A stretch of DNA of 37,084 nucleotides from a virus. Taxonomy: Duplodnaviria > Caudoviricetes. Under the pieces are notes generated by a model. That model was not told the origin of the DNA, searched no databases, and saw only the letters and a program-made list of their open reading frames with translations. Positions 9,087 to 18,470 of the stretch are shown piece by piece. The stretch covers positions 1 through 37,084 of the IMG/VR virus record IMGVR_UViG_3300006114_000027. The stretch is one strand, 5' to 3'. A program made the position numbers and the translations under genes. How positions within the stretch are numbered: position 1 is the first letter of the stretch; each line of letters opens with the position of its first letter.

Positions 9087-10114
9087 AGTTGATTATTTAA
9101 TTTCTTCTTCATTAACTCAATTTTTAAACGACTTGTCTCTCGAGCTTCAAGTATGCTTTTTAACACAAACAATTTGCCATACTTGATCACTGCTGCATTG
9201 ATATCTTTAAATGTGCCAAACCATAATGGAAAAGAGACGCTCCATCCAAATTCTTGTGCATCACTAACAAGCTTCATTCCTGCTCGGTCATAGTCAGGTA
9301 CCACAATAACTTCCCGTCCCAAACTGTCAATTATGTCGGCTTGTTGCTCGCTACATTCATTGCTTAGTACCGCTACGCCATCTACGGCCATTGCATCTAG
9401 AGGGCCTTCACACACAATGACAAATTTAGCATTGGGCAACTGTCGGTCTGTGTTAAACACATAGTTGGCGTCGTATTGACTATAGTACTTGGGCTTGACT
9501 TGTGCGTCAAATGCTCTTGCCGTATATCCAATAATTTCATTCTGCCAAGTAAATGGAATTATAACTCGTCGATGTAAATTATACTGTTGTTCTGTGGTAT
9601 AGTAGCACTCATATTTTTGTAAATCTATTGCACGTTGTGCCATATACAACACAGGCGCATGATGTGCTGGTGTATCGGCGTTGTCTGCTAGTTTATGAAA
9701 TGTTTCCATTGCCATAAAACTCTGTGCTTCCGCAGGCAAAGGGCGGGGTTTGAATACAATCGCTTCTTTGTGTTCTTCCGGTTGATCGGGATCAACTAGT
9801 TCTTTAATACGTATAGCATCAATGACTAATCGCTTGACAGTATTGTCATCTGCTCCCAACCACGTTAATAGTTTACGGAACTTGTAGTTTAAATGTCTGC
9901 CGGGAGTATAGTTGGCAGTATAGTTGCAGTTAAAACAACTGTAGGATATAGCACCATTGGGATTGGTAATGATACCGCCACGTCCACGAGTGTCCTGCGT
10001 TTCGCCTCGATTGTGACAACAAACTGCATTGAAACTGATCCATCCCGACACCGAGTTTGTTTTCCTTTTTCCGGGAAGTAAACTGTTTACAGCATCAAGA
10101 ATCGAATTAAGCAT
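9083..10114 (-). CDS. dnaG: DNA primase (Zn-ribbon + TOPRIM)
   Basis: CCH...CFNC zinc site; IIPF...GYTAR; EGPLDAM; VPDYDRAG; KDIN. Confidence 0.88.
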   Translation of the reverse strand: MLNSILDAVNSLLPGKRKTNSVSGWISFNAVCCHNRGETQDTRGRGGIITNPNGAISYSCFNCNYTANYTPGRHLNYKFRKLLTWLGADDNTVKRLVIDAIRIKELVDPDQPEEHKEAIVFKPRPLPAEAQSFMAMETFHKLADNADTPAHHAPVLYMAQRAIDLQKYECYYTTEQQYNLHRRVIIPFTWQNEIIGYTARAFDAQVKPKYYSQYDANYVFNTDRQLPNAKFVIVCEGPLDAMAVDGVAVLSNECSEQQADIIDSLGREVIVVPDYDRAGMKLVSDAQEFGWSVSFPLWFGTFKDINAAVIKYGKLFVLKSILEARETSRLKIELMKKKLNNQL

Positions 10115-10120
10115 CCTACT

Positions 10121-10149
10121 ATTATATAGGAAACTCGGAACAAGATCAA
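10121..10149 (-). promoter_or_regulatory. Sigma70-type promoter, probably leaderless
   Basis: TTGATC (10144-49)-17 bp-TATAAT (10121-26), 6 nt before the primase ATG. Confidence 0.65.
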
Positions 10150-10153
10150 GTGG

Positions 10154-11503
10154 TTAGAATGTCTGTTTCCAAGTGGTGGAGTCCACTTTGGTCCATATGG
10201 CTTGGACGTTGCTCCAAGTATTAGTGGCGGTTTTGACTCGTACGTTGGCTAGATAGCTCCAAGTATTTGCGGCGGTTTTTACGGTTGTTCCGCCACTGGA
10301 TACCATTTGATAAACTACATTGCCGAACGGCACTCCTAGTCCAGTTACTGGATCCCAATTTGAACTTGCGGCGTATCCGTTTGAGTAAGATACTGTAGCG
10401 TTATTTCCTGTAGTTATATCATAGTAAGCATTTAAGTTTCCGTACAGGATAGGATGGATAGCATTAGGGATAGGTCGGCGACCACCGTTTAAGGACATAA
10501 ATCTGGCCAACATTCCGGCCATAATAGGTGTGGCGGCGCTAGTTCCACCAAAACCGGTTATGGTATTACCAAACCATAGTCCGTATGTATTCATTGGACC
10601 TGCTATGTCTGGTACTCCTCGAGTAGTCAAAGTGATAGGGGCACTTGTGCTTGCGTTTGCCGCAAAATATCTTTTATATGTTAAATTAGTTTGCCAACTT
10701 GGCACAGTAATAAAATTACTAATGCCGCCTCCGCTTCCCCATCCCGATGGATACCCAGCATCGTTAAAATCAACGGTTTCTGTTAATCGTAAATTTCCAG
10801 CAGTTAGTTGCAAGTTAGTGCCGCCAACTGACACAACATTAGAACTTGTTGATGGATAATTAGCTGATGTCACATTGGCTGCAACGTTTGACCCGATACT
10901 ACCGTAATCTCCTGACGCTACTAATACTGTAATACCTTTGGAAGCGGCGTTTGCTAATGGAGCTGATAAAAAATCGCCACAATAAGTGGCACTTACATTA
11001 CTAAGTATCTCTTGGGCCGCCCAACTAATACTAATAATATCACAATTATCGTTTACAGCACGATTAAGTACGTTAGCGAATCCTCGGGTGCTATTCAAAC
11101 CTGCGGCAGTGGCCGCATTAGAAAAATAATAATTTCCGGTGTCAACGCCGGTATAAATTACAATATTCGCGCCAGGTGCCATTCCGGCTACACAATACAA
11201 ATCTAAAGTATTTTCGCCACTTAATCCATCTGACGTACTAAATGTATTTGCGGCGTTATCAACTATGATACTAGTAATAGGTTGAGAAAGTGTTACGCCA
11301 ATGTTTGACAGAGATTTTTGTAAATCACCTGGCCACCATCCGCCACCCAGACTAATAATACCAATTTTTACATTGGCACCAGTGCTTGCTGGGATATTAT
11401 ATGCTGTGGCAATCTGCGGAGGTGTTAATCCTGCCTGATTAACATTAGTGTATTCAGGATAGGATGTTATTGATGTAATACACGAAAATGCGTTAGCTAT
11501 CAT
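10154..11503 (-). CDS. Sedolisin/kumamolisin-family (S53) serine-carboxyl peptidase with Trp-rich C-terminal module
   Basis: LTPPQIATAYN, ENTLD, VASGDYGS, SVGGT, RGVPDIAG, GGTSAATP, DITTGNN, WDPVTGLG; tail VKTAANTW..VKTATNTW..WTKVDSTTWK. Confidence 0.88.
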   Translation of the reverse strand: MIANAFSCITSITSYPEYTNVNQAGLTPPQIATAYNIPASTGANVKIGIISLGGGWWPGDLQKSLSNIGVTLSQPITSIIVDNAANTFSTSDGLSGENTLDLYCVAGMAPGANIVIYTGVDTGNYYFSNAATAAGLNSTRGFANVLNRAVNDNCDIISISWAAQEILSNVSATYCGDFLSAPLANAASKGITVLVASGDYGSIGSNVAANVTSANYPSTSSNVVSVGGTNLQLTAGNLRLTETVDFNDAGYPSGWGSGGGISNFITVPSWQTNLTYKRYFAANASTSAPITLTTRGVPDIAGPMNTYGLWFGNTITGFGGTSAATPIMAGMLARFMSLNGGRRPIPNAIHPILYGNLNAYYDITTGNNATVSYSNGYAASSNWDPVTGLGVPFGNVVYQMVSSGGTTVKTAANTWSYLANVRVKTATNTWSNVQAIWTKVDSTTWKQTF

Positions 11504-11506
11504 ATT

Positions 11507-13531
11507 TTAGAACGTCTGATACCAAATATCGCCAATGTTACCTTGGCTGCTGGTTGGTGCCGCATTAACAACATATACGTTACGTGCCAAATTAGACACC
11601 ACTGCTATGTTGCCATTGGACCTTACGTCGCCAGTTACAGTGATGTTGCCAGCCGCAATATTACCGGTTGATGTGGTCAAGTAGGCCGCCGTGTTGGTAT
11701 TTGAATATGTACCGGTAGTGGTAATAAACGTAGTGTTGGCATAGGTATAAAAACTACCAACGTTGGCCTGTAATGTTGTAATGTTGGAACTAAATGCAAC
11801 ATCATTTGCCTGTATGCTGGTAATGATACTAGATGTTGGCAAGTATTGAGCAACTTGTGTATTACCGTAAGTAATAATAGGACTGTACCCACCAATTACT
11901 TGAATGTCAAACCAAGTATTGTTAAAATATAAATATGGCGCCCATCCTCCTGTGTCAACATGAAAACGTAATTGAACATTAGCTGTCGTAGACGGTGTAA
12001 TTACTGCTTCTGTTATCGGTGCACCGCTACCACCGCTACCCCCTATTGTTGTTGATGTAAATGAGGACGGGCTACCTACTACTGTATTATTCCCAGAATA
12101 TACCCATTGCAATAATGGATTAGTTGCAGACCCAGCGGTGCCGCTAGTAGTTCCTACAGCTGCCATTAATCTATATGTTTTATTTGGTTGTAATGTAATA
12201 TTACCGGTATTAGAATCTAATGATATATCATTTCCTGTACTATTGCTAATAGTATTAAATACCAATGAAAAATCTGTTGGGCCGTATAAATTGCCGCCAG
12301 ATATACCTATAGTAGCATTACTACTACGCATATAACTTGCAACTACCCCGGTATTAACATATGGTAATCCATTTGCATAGAATAACCCGTTTGTATAAAG
12401 ATTACCAAAGTTGCCATTATAAGTAGACAAATAAGTTGCTACATTTGAATTTCCGTAAATTGGATTAGTTTGCAAAATAGCAATTGCAGAATTAGCAGCC
12501 GTTATATTTGCATTGATTGTATTGATCAGTGTTTGCTGGGTTGCGGCATTACTGGTCCATGCAGTTGTCACCGCATCTACATATCCCTTCATTGCAGTAT
12601 TGGCAGTAACAATAGCGGCATTGGCTCCAGCTATATTGGCATTGATTGCATTGATTGAACCTTGCTGAGCAGTGGCATTTGCCTGCCATGCTATGTTGGC
12701 CGCTGCTATGTTGGCATTTGTAGCAGTGATACTGGTTAAGATTGTGCCAATATTGCCTTCGTCATTTTGTATGGCAGTGGCAATTTGCCCCAAGGTATCT
12801 AATATTGCAGGAGTGTTGGCTAATAGTGCAATCTTACTGTCCACATAGCCTTTCAATGCCACGTTGGCCGTAGTTACGTTTGCCACTGTGGCAAAACTGG
12901 TTTGTCCTGCAGGCCCTTGGTACGCGGTGCTTTGAACTGTGGTGTCGGCAAATACCACGTTTCCGGGCAATGTTAGATTGCCGAATCGATCAAAAGTCCA
13001 AGTTTGGCTAGAACCACCAACCCCGGCACTAGAGTTTAATTGCACATCGGTATTAGCATACATTACTGCAACATCTTGATCATTTAGATAAATTCCAGTC
13101 TGATCATTATAACCATTGGCACTAAACTGTATCTGGCCATCTTCAGCTGACCAAATGTAGCTGTTGCTTTCAAAACGGATATTGTTAACTGTTAGATTAC
13201 CAATTGTAGCAGTGCCGTTCGCACTCAGCTGATATTGGAGTGATGTTACATTGCTAGATATGCCACTTATATTGGTGCCATGTATGTTGGCCAATAGTGC
13301 AGATATATTGGCAGTATTGCTTTGAATACCTTCAATAGCAACAACTACATTAGACACCTGTTGAGTTGTTGCCAGTGTGCTCATTCCGCCTGGAGTGGAA
13401 CCGTCTTGCAGTCTAAGTGTTTGTAATCCTGTATCTACCAACAGTTCGCCCAGGGGGCCCACATAGTTAGAAGCCGCGGCAGTATTGCCACGCTTGATCA
13501 GGATTGTTGATATGTTGATTAAATTGCTCAT
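11507..13531 (-). CDS. Tail fiber protein with Mtd_N/hyaluronidase-like N-terminus
   Basis: IKRGNT...GELLVDT...LRLQDGSTPGG; TANxAxKGYVD coiled repeats; C-terminal APTSSQGNIGDIWYQ. Confidence 0.8.
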   Translation of the reverse strand: MSNLINISTILIKRGNTAAASNYVGPLGELLVDTGLQTLRLQDGSTPGGMSTLATTQQVSNVVVAIEGIQSNTANISALLANIHGTNISGISSNVTSLQYQLSANGTATIGNLTVNNIRFESNSYIWSAEDGQIQFSANGYNDQTGIYLNDQDVAVMYANTDVQLNSSAGVGGSSQTWTFDRFGNLTLPGNVVFADTTVQSTAYQGPAGQTSFATVANVTTANVALKGYVDSKIALLANTPAILDTLGQIATAIQNDEGNIGTILTSITATNANIAAANIAWQANATAQQGSINAINANIAGANAAIVTANTAMKGYVDAVTTAWTSNAATQQTLINTINANITAANSAIAILQTNPIYGNSNVATYLSTYNGNFGNLYTNGLFYANGLPYVNTGVVASYMRSSNATIGISGGNLYGPTDFSLVFNTISNSTGNDISLDSNTGNITLQPNKTYRLMAAVGTTSGTAGSATNPLLQWVYSGNNTVVGSPSSFTSTTIGGSGGSGAPITEAVITPSTTANVQLRFHVDTGGWAPYLYFNNTWFDIQVIGGYSPIITYGNTQVAQYLPTSSIITSIQANDVAFSSNITTLQANVGSFYTYANTTFITTTGTYSNTNTAAYLTTSTGNIAAGNITVTGDVRSNGNIAVVSNLARNVYVVNAAPTSSQGNIGDIWYQTF

Positions 13532-14029
13532 TTACAGTGTTCCACCATCTAATGAGAATGTAGTTGATTCTGGTGGAGGAGTATAGGTAGTGCCATAATA
13601 AGCCGGCAATATTTCCAAATCTAGCGGAACTCCATAATTGTCATCAATGTACACCGGACTGGTTTGATCGGTACTGGTCACTGTTGTAGCAAAAGCCAAC
13701 TTGTAAAAACGATTCTCCAAACTGTTTATGGTGTTAGCATCAAAGGTAAAATTTCCCAAGCCCTGCTGAATGTTGGCCCAAGTAACAACATAACTCTTTA
13801 CTGTAACTTGATTTGTGGGATCCTGTATACTTGCAGTCACACTACTACCAGTTAGGTCAACACTTTTTTGGTCCTGATTGCGGACTATAACTTGTATGGG
13901 ATTGTCAATTCCCTGATAAACTTTAATGGGACGTGAGTACACTTGGCGATTCCTTGTTGTAAATATCGTAGGGTCAAAAACCTGAACCTCGGCTGTGTTT
14001 GAATATAAATATGTTTTGACAGTGATCAT
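13532..14029 (-). CDS. BppU-like baseplate/fiber-attachment protein (start corrected to MITVKT)
   Basis: IKVYQGIDNPIQVIVRNQDQKSVDLTG Ig-like pattern; TAAATA at 14047-14052. Confidence 0.6.
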   Translation of the reverse strand: MITVKTYLYSNTAEVQVFDPTIFTTRNRQVYSRPIKVYQGIDNPIQVIVRNQDQKSVDLTGSSVTASIQDPTNQVTVKSYVVTWANIQQGLGNFTFDANTINSLENRFYKLAFATTVTSTDQTSPVYIDDNYGVPLDLEILPAYYGTTYTPPPESTTFSLDGGTL

Positions 14030-14052
14030 TTTTATGGTCTTTAACATATTTA
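14004..14052. promoter_or_regulatory. Face-to-face late-type promoters
   Basis: TATAAATA on + at 14004-14011; TAAATA on - at 14047-14052. Confidence 0.5.
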
Positions 14053-14061
14053 GCGAGAATC

Positions 14062-14439
14062 GTGGAAGAATATTACAAGCAACTACTAGCACAATATCCC
14101 TATCTCAGCCATATAACCTATGGTGGGAATGATTATATTGGTATCATTCAAAATTTTGATGAAGTTATTACTACACTTTATGACTTTGGCTCGTTAAAAG
14201 ATCCAGAACTCAAGAAGATTTTCTTGGAACTTGGGGAAATGTGGTGGTGGGAAAGTAATAGATTAATACCTATTAATGTTTTTCTAAAACAGGATTGGGC
14301 TATCTTCAAGCCTTTTCTACGCACGATGAATAGCAAAGACGTAGAAATAAAAATAGGCCCTTATGTGAGCCTAAAAGAAATGGCAAGTACTCGAAGCAAA
14401 CGTAAAAGTTTTACGCTAGTTCGCAAGATTAGTCAATAG
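14062..14439 (+). CDS. Hypothetical protein (lone + strand gene)
   Basis: 125 aa, GTG start, fills an otherwise empty gap; WWWESNR motif; 3' end overlaps the polymerase gene by 24 bp. Confidence 0.8.
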   Translation: MEEYYKQLLAQYPYLSHITYGGNDYIGIIQNFDEVITTLYDFGSLKDPELKKIFLELGEMWWWESNRLIPINVFLKQDWAIFKPFLRTMNSKDVEIKIGPYVSLKEMASTRSKRKSFTLVRKISQ

Positions 14440-14991
14440 ATTCATGTGCACACAGACTAGATGTGCATAGGCCACAGCATGGCTCTTTTTAAAAGTATAT
14501 TCCTCACTGGCATCCCAAATAGTTTCTGAGATCTTGCTCCAAGTTTCGCCAATCAAATGACGCTTACCCGGACGTATCAGTGCCAAGAACATGGCCATGC
14601 GAGGTATTGTAGTAACTGCCTCGGGGCATTTGATCAGTGTATCATAATGATTGCCAATGTGTATTAACTTACTACAAAAATCAGGATCATATAAGTTTTC
14701 CCAAGCAGGTTCTTGCGCCATTAAATCAGTTAAGTGTTGTTCGCTTTTTATCTGCGTATATAATGATACATTTAACAAGTCCAATTTCATATAACCAAAG
14801 TCTTCTGCTACTTTATGATCTATTGTAGCAATGCCTGTAAATGGATCTGTGGGAATATCTGTTACATAAACTCCAGTGTTGTGCTTGATTAATTTGCCAT
14901 CGCGAACAATACCTGCAGGAGTATGTTTAAGTAATTTTAATGCATCTTCCCTATTAGGGAAATCAATATCAATGTCACTTTTGAATTTCAT
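14416..14991 (-). CDS. dnaE: Miniature DNA polymerase III alpha (family C) catalytic core
   Basis: SDIDIDF, HNTGVYVT, KLDLLNV, LALIRPG and YTFKKSHAVAY match DnaE motifs in the correct order. Confidence 0.8.
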   Translation of the reverse strand: MKFKSDIDIDFPNREDALKLLKHTPAGIVRDGKLIKHNTGVYVTDIPTDPFTGIATIDHKVAEDFGYMKLDLLNVSLYTQIKSEQHLTDLMAQEPAWENLYDPDFCSKLIHIGNHYDTLIKCPEAVTTIPRMAMFLALIRPGKRHLIGETWSKISETIWDASEEYTFKKSHAVAYAHLVCVHMNLLTNLAN

Positions 14992-16108
14992 TTATTTTAT
15001 TTTGAATAACTTTATCTAGCATTTTAACACTAATATAATCGGAAGAGCAAGTTAAAATTGTTTCTTTATTTTTTTCAGTCATTTTTATGCACTCAATTGA
15101 TTCAAAAATTTCCAAATTATTGAACAACCATTGTATTGCATCAATCATCATTTTATATCTTAGACTATGGTCTAGTACTGAATCAAAAGATTGCAACTCG
15201 TCGGGTAATAAATTCCACGCGGTATTAAACCCTATTTCGTTGTATAACTTATTAATATTAGCGCCACCAATTGGAAAGGGCAAAGATTTTGCATAAAAAC
15301 ACTTAATAGCTTTTTCAGTTATTGTAAGTTCGTTATTCTGCCATCCAGATTCTGGAAAAATTATGCAAGAATATGTAAAATATTCAGGCATAATAAAATA
15401 TCCTAAAGCTATCGTTCCATGTTTCTTTTCAACACCAATTGATACAGCGTCTAACTTATAATCTATTTTATTACTGCTAGGTAAATTGTGATCAGTGGAT
15501 TGTTTATCTAGATAATTGCGAAATTCATTATCTTCTGCGGTCTCCCATATGGAAGGCATAATACTAGTAGCTGATGAATTTATGTTTGATAATATTTCAA
15601 TATTTGGTAAGCGATTTATTAATTCTTTAAAAAAATAATTTCTATTAGCTCTGTTTACACCGTTTATTCCTATTATAGCATTTTTCTTTTTTAATTTACA
15701 ATTGTTTAAATTTTCAAAATACTGAGGATAAAAATGTCTTGTGTAGTAGTCTCGACAAGTCATAATATTGTGCGGGAACCAAATATTTTTATTACTCAAT
15801 TGATGGTCGGATGTTAGGTAACTATTAGTAATCAAATAAACATTATCTAATTTTAATCCTATCTGCATTATTTTATTAGTAACAAATAATGGTTCACCGC
15901 CATTACATAAAAATATTAAATCATATCCTTTTATATCTAATTTTCCAGGCATGTAATCAAATAGTATATTAATATCTGCCGCAGGTCCATTTATTGTCAA
16001 TCCTATATCTGATTTATAATTCTTGCCAATACTTTGCCAATATGCATACAAAGCATCAAAAAGTTGTATGCCAATTCCGTGTTTTTTAGTATCTACGTTA
16101 ATGTTCAA
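14975..16108 (-). CDS. GT10-like (fucosyltransferase-fold) protein
   Basis: IIFPES...ITEKAIK...PFPIGG...IGF...FD...R pattern; very AT-rich. Confidence 0.5.
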   Translation of the reverse strand: MNINVDTKKHGIGIQLFDALYAYWQSIGKNYKSDIGLTINGPAADINILFDYMPGKLDIKGYDLIFLCNGGEPLFVTNKIMQIGLKLDNVYLITNSYLTSDHQLSNKNIWFPHNIMTCRDYYTRHFYPQYFENLNNCKLKKKNAIIGINGVNRANRNYFFKELINRLPNIEILSNINSSATSIMPSIWETAEDNEFRNYLDKQSTDHNLPSSNKIDYKLDAVSIGVEKKHGTIALGYFIMPEYFTYSCIIFPESGWQNNELTITEKAIKCFYAKSLPFPIGGANINKLYNEIGFNTAWNLLPDELQSFDSVLDHSLRYKMMIDAIQWLFNNLEIFESIECIKMTEKNKETILTCSSDYISVKMLDKVIQNKINEIQK

Positions 16109-16343
16109 TTTTTTCTACCCTTAATTTCATATATTCCTCAAATGTAGTTACTGGAATACCTTTGTACATTGCAGGAGTATAAGGAGGATAATACATCGCT
16201 CTAATAAATCTGTCAACTTGCACATCGTCCCAATCATTGAATGGTATATAGACTTGTAATTGGTCGGGTCTATAATTTAATTCAAACAATTTTCCAACCA
16301 ATAATATACCGCTATGCCCAGTACAACTTAATGTAATTTTCAT
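16098..16343 (-). CDS. Hypothetical protein (start MKITLS)
   Basis: TGATG coupling with the upstream stop at 16343. Confidence 0.6.
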   Translation of the reverse strand: MKITLSCTGHSGILLVGKLFELNYRPDQLQVYIPFNDWDDVQVDRFIRAMYYPPYTPAMYKGIPVTTFEEYMKLRVEKIEH

Positions 16344-17032
16344 CACAATCCTGCTTTGCTCAATATATCCTTGACCCATTCTGTGTCAGCGAGATAGTCT
16401 TTAAATTTCTTTTGCCAAAAGTCTGGATCTATCCACGGAAGAACGATTTCAGTTTGCCCAGGATCCAATCTCTCAAGAAACTCAATACCACTGTCACAAT
16501 TAAATACAATCCAAGGACTGATCCGCCCAGTACTAATATGGTAAACAATACGATTTGCGTTACCGTATCTAAAGTAATCACTAAAACCGTTTTTAAGTTC
16601 TGGATGTGCCTCTGCATACTCTGTCATTTCTGTAAGTGCACGTTCTAATGCATCTTGTGTTGCTTCTCGTTTTATATACTCTAATAGCCACTCGGTATAT
16701 AACTTGTCACTGCACCAGTGATCTAATTTCTTATTGTTCTTTAAAAGCCAATCCGTAAAAGTAATAAAATTAATGCAGCGGATATTGACGCAATACCTAC
16801 CAAATTTAACAAAGGCATTATAATAAGGACTCTTAGCAAAATCCTCGTAAGATTTGAGCCGAGCACTGCCTTGTGTAAATTCATAGAATCTGAGATACGC
16901 TTTAAGGCCCCACTGTACGCCTGTTTCATCTCGTTGCATATAGCGACGCTTGGCCTCACAGAGGTGCGCCAATAGGGTTGTTTCTTTTCTAAAAGGCTTT
17001 TCACAATATTTGCAGTTAAACTGTTCGCTCAT
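16343..17032 (-). CDS. Protein with N-terminal C2HC zinc finger
   Basis: CKYCEKPF...LLAHLC. Confidence 0.75.
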   Translation of the reverse strand: MSEQFNCKYCEKPFRKETTLLAHLCEAKRRYMQRDETGVQWGLKAYLRFYEFTQGSARLKSYEDFAKSPYYNAFVKFGRYCVNIRCINFITFTDWLLKNNKKLDHWCSDKLYTEWLLEYIKREATQDALERALTEMTEYAEAHPELKNGFSDYFRYGNANRIVYHISTGRISPWIVFNCDSGIEFLERLDPGQTEIVLPWIDPDFWQKKFKDYLADTEWVKDILSKAGL

Positions 17033-17733
17033 GTTAAATTATTCTGTGTAATGTATTGTAACAGATAATTGTTAAGATGTATATAGTGCTCACCATCATA
17101 ATGTTTGGCGTGTGGGGGCCACTGATCTTCAACCGAATTCCAAGTTGCTTTATTTTCTAATAGAAACAAATTGGAAATAAACTTATCCAGTGGGACTATT
17201 CCGGGTTTGTTTTCTATTAATTTGCGATAAAGAGGACTCACGGTATCAAAATATACTCCATAATTGGTCTCGCAAGAGTTATAGATACAATACTTTATAT
17301 TTTTACTTGTCAAATAAGCAGTGAACATAACCAAATCACACATTTGTTGATCAATTGTTTTTAAATTGATCTCGTATTCGTATCTTGTACCAATATATCG
17401 GTCTATATCATGATTGGTTTTGTTGTTATTAAACTTTGGCTCTTGTGGAATATATCCGCTTTGTGTTCCTTGCTTTCTGTAGTTGACCCAATTGTCTAGA
17501 TCTAGTTGGGGTTCTAGAAAGGCACCTTCAAATCTGTCCCAAAATGTAAGTCCGATTAGTACAAAATCCACAGGGTTACGTTCTACGTACTCTAGTGTGC
17601 TACGTATCAGTTGTCTATTACTGCGCCCGCCTTTGGCTATAGTTTCAAATTCAGTAAATCCCAGCTGATTGGCCAAGTGTCTAGCCAAATAGTAATTGGC
17701 ACAAAAGCTACAACCATTTAATAAAAACTTCAT
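17029..17733 (-). CDS. SGNH-like hydrolase/acyl-modifying protein
   Basis: LLNGCSF, AKGGRSN, IGLTFWDRFE, late HY; ATGA overlaps. Confidence 0.6.
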   Translation of the reverse strand: MKFLLNGCSFCANYYLARHLANQLGFTEFETIAKGGRSNRQLIRSTLEYVERNPVDFVLIGLTFWDRFEGAFLEPQLDLDNWVNYRKQGTQSGYIPQEPKFNNNKTNHDIDRYIGTRYEYEINLKTIDQQMCDLVMFTAYLTSKNIKYCIYNSCETNYGVYFDTVSPLYRKLIENKPGIVPLDKFISNLFLLENKATWNSVEDQWPPHAKHYDGEHYIHLNNYLLQYITQNNLT

Positions 17734-18470
17734 GCCAAATTATTGTTAATATAGTTGTATAGGTATTCGTTTAGTACATGATGTTGTCCTGCTGGAGGGT
17801 GCTTTATATCATCAGGTACTGATTGTGGACCAATAAAATTCCCGGTGCCTTCATCGGGGCGAGCAATAACACCATTGGCATGCTGATAAGGCACTGCTCG
17901 CCATTTAAAGTCTCCAATAATATTGGGATTATTTTTAAATAACTGTAGTTTTGGATTATTAAGCCAACAAAAATACCCATCATCGGCTTGTTGATATACC
18001 ACGCACTCATGGCCTCTTGAGTGTAGACTATCAATCATAGACAACACTCTATACATCAAGTCTTCAGTTCTGTCAGGTAAACTGTAAACTTCGGTCATTT
18101 GTTTAAAACGAACAAACTTCTCGCTTTCACTACGGTTCCAATAGTGTTCATATCTATCAGCATAGTCTTGATTTTGAGGATTTACCCAACGTCCTTCAAA
18201 TTGATCTTCGTCTGGTACTTTGAGAATTGGCAATTCGTCTCTACTTACAAAGGTTAATCCAATAACGTACAAGGTTGGAGTTGCGGTATAACTGTGTTTT
18301 AATGTTGTACGTATAATTCTACTGTTAGCACTGCCGCCAATGGACAATGATTCAGTATTGGTAATATTTAATCTGTTTGCTAAATCTACATGCCCCTGGC
18401 CACGAGCATATACTTCCATATAACTGCAACCATTGACTACTAGATTATAATTCTTTTTTAAGTTGTTCAT
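17730..18470 (-). CDS. SGNH-like hydrolase/acyl-modifying protein
   Basis: VVNGCSY, SIGGSAN, IGLTFVSRDE, HPPAGQH; start at 18470 or 18482. Confidence 0.6.
   Translation of the reverse strand: MNNLKKNYNLVVNGCSYMEVYARGQGHVDLANRLNITNTESLSIGGSANSRIIRTTLKHSYTATPTLYVIGLTFVSRDELPILKVPDEDQFEGRWVNPQNQDYADRYEHYWNRSESEKFVRFKQMTEVYSLPDRTEDLMYRVLSMIDSLHSRGHECVVYQQADDGYFCWLNNPKLQLFKNNPNIIGDFKWRAVPYQHANGVIARPDEGTGNFIGPQSVPDDIKHPPAGQHHVLNEYLYNYINNNLA

Noticed and set aside
11507-13531. Diversity-generating retroelement suggested by the Mtd_N domain
   Set aside because: No reverse transcriptase and no template/variable repeat pair seen in the window.
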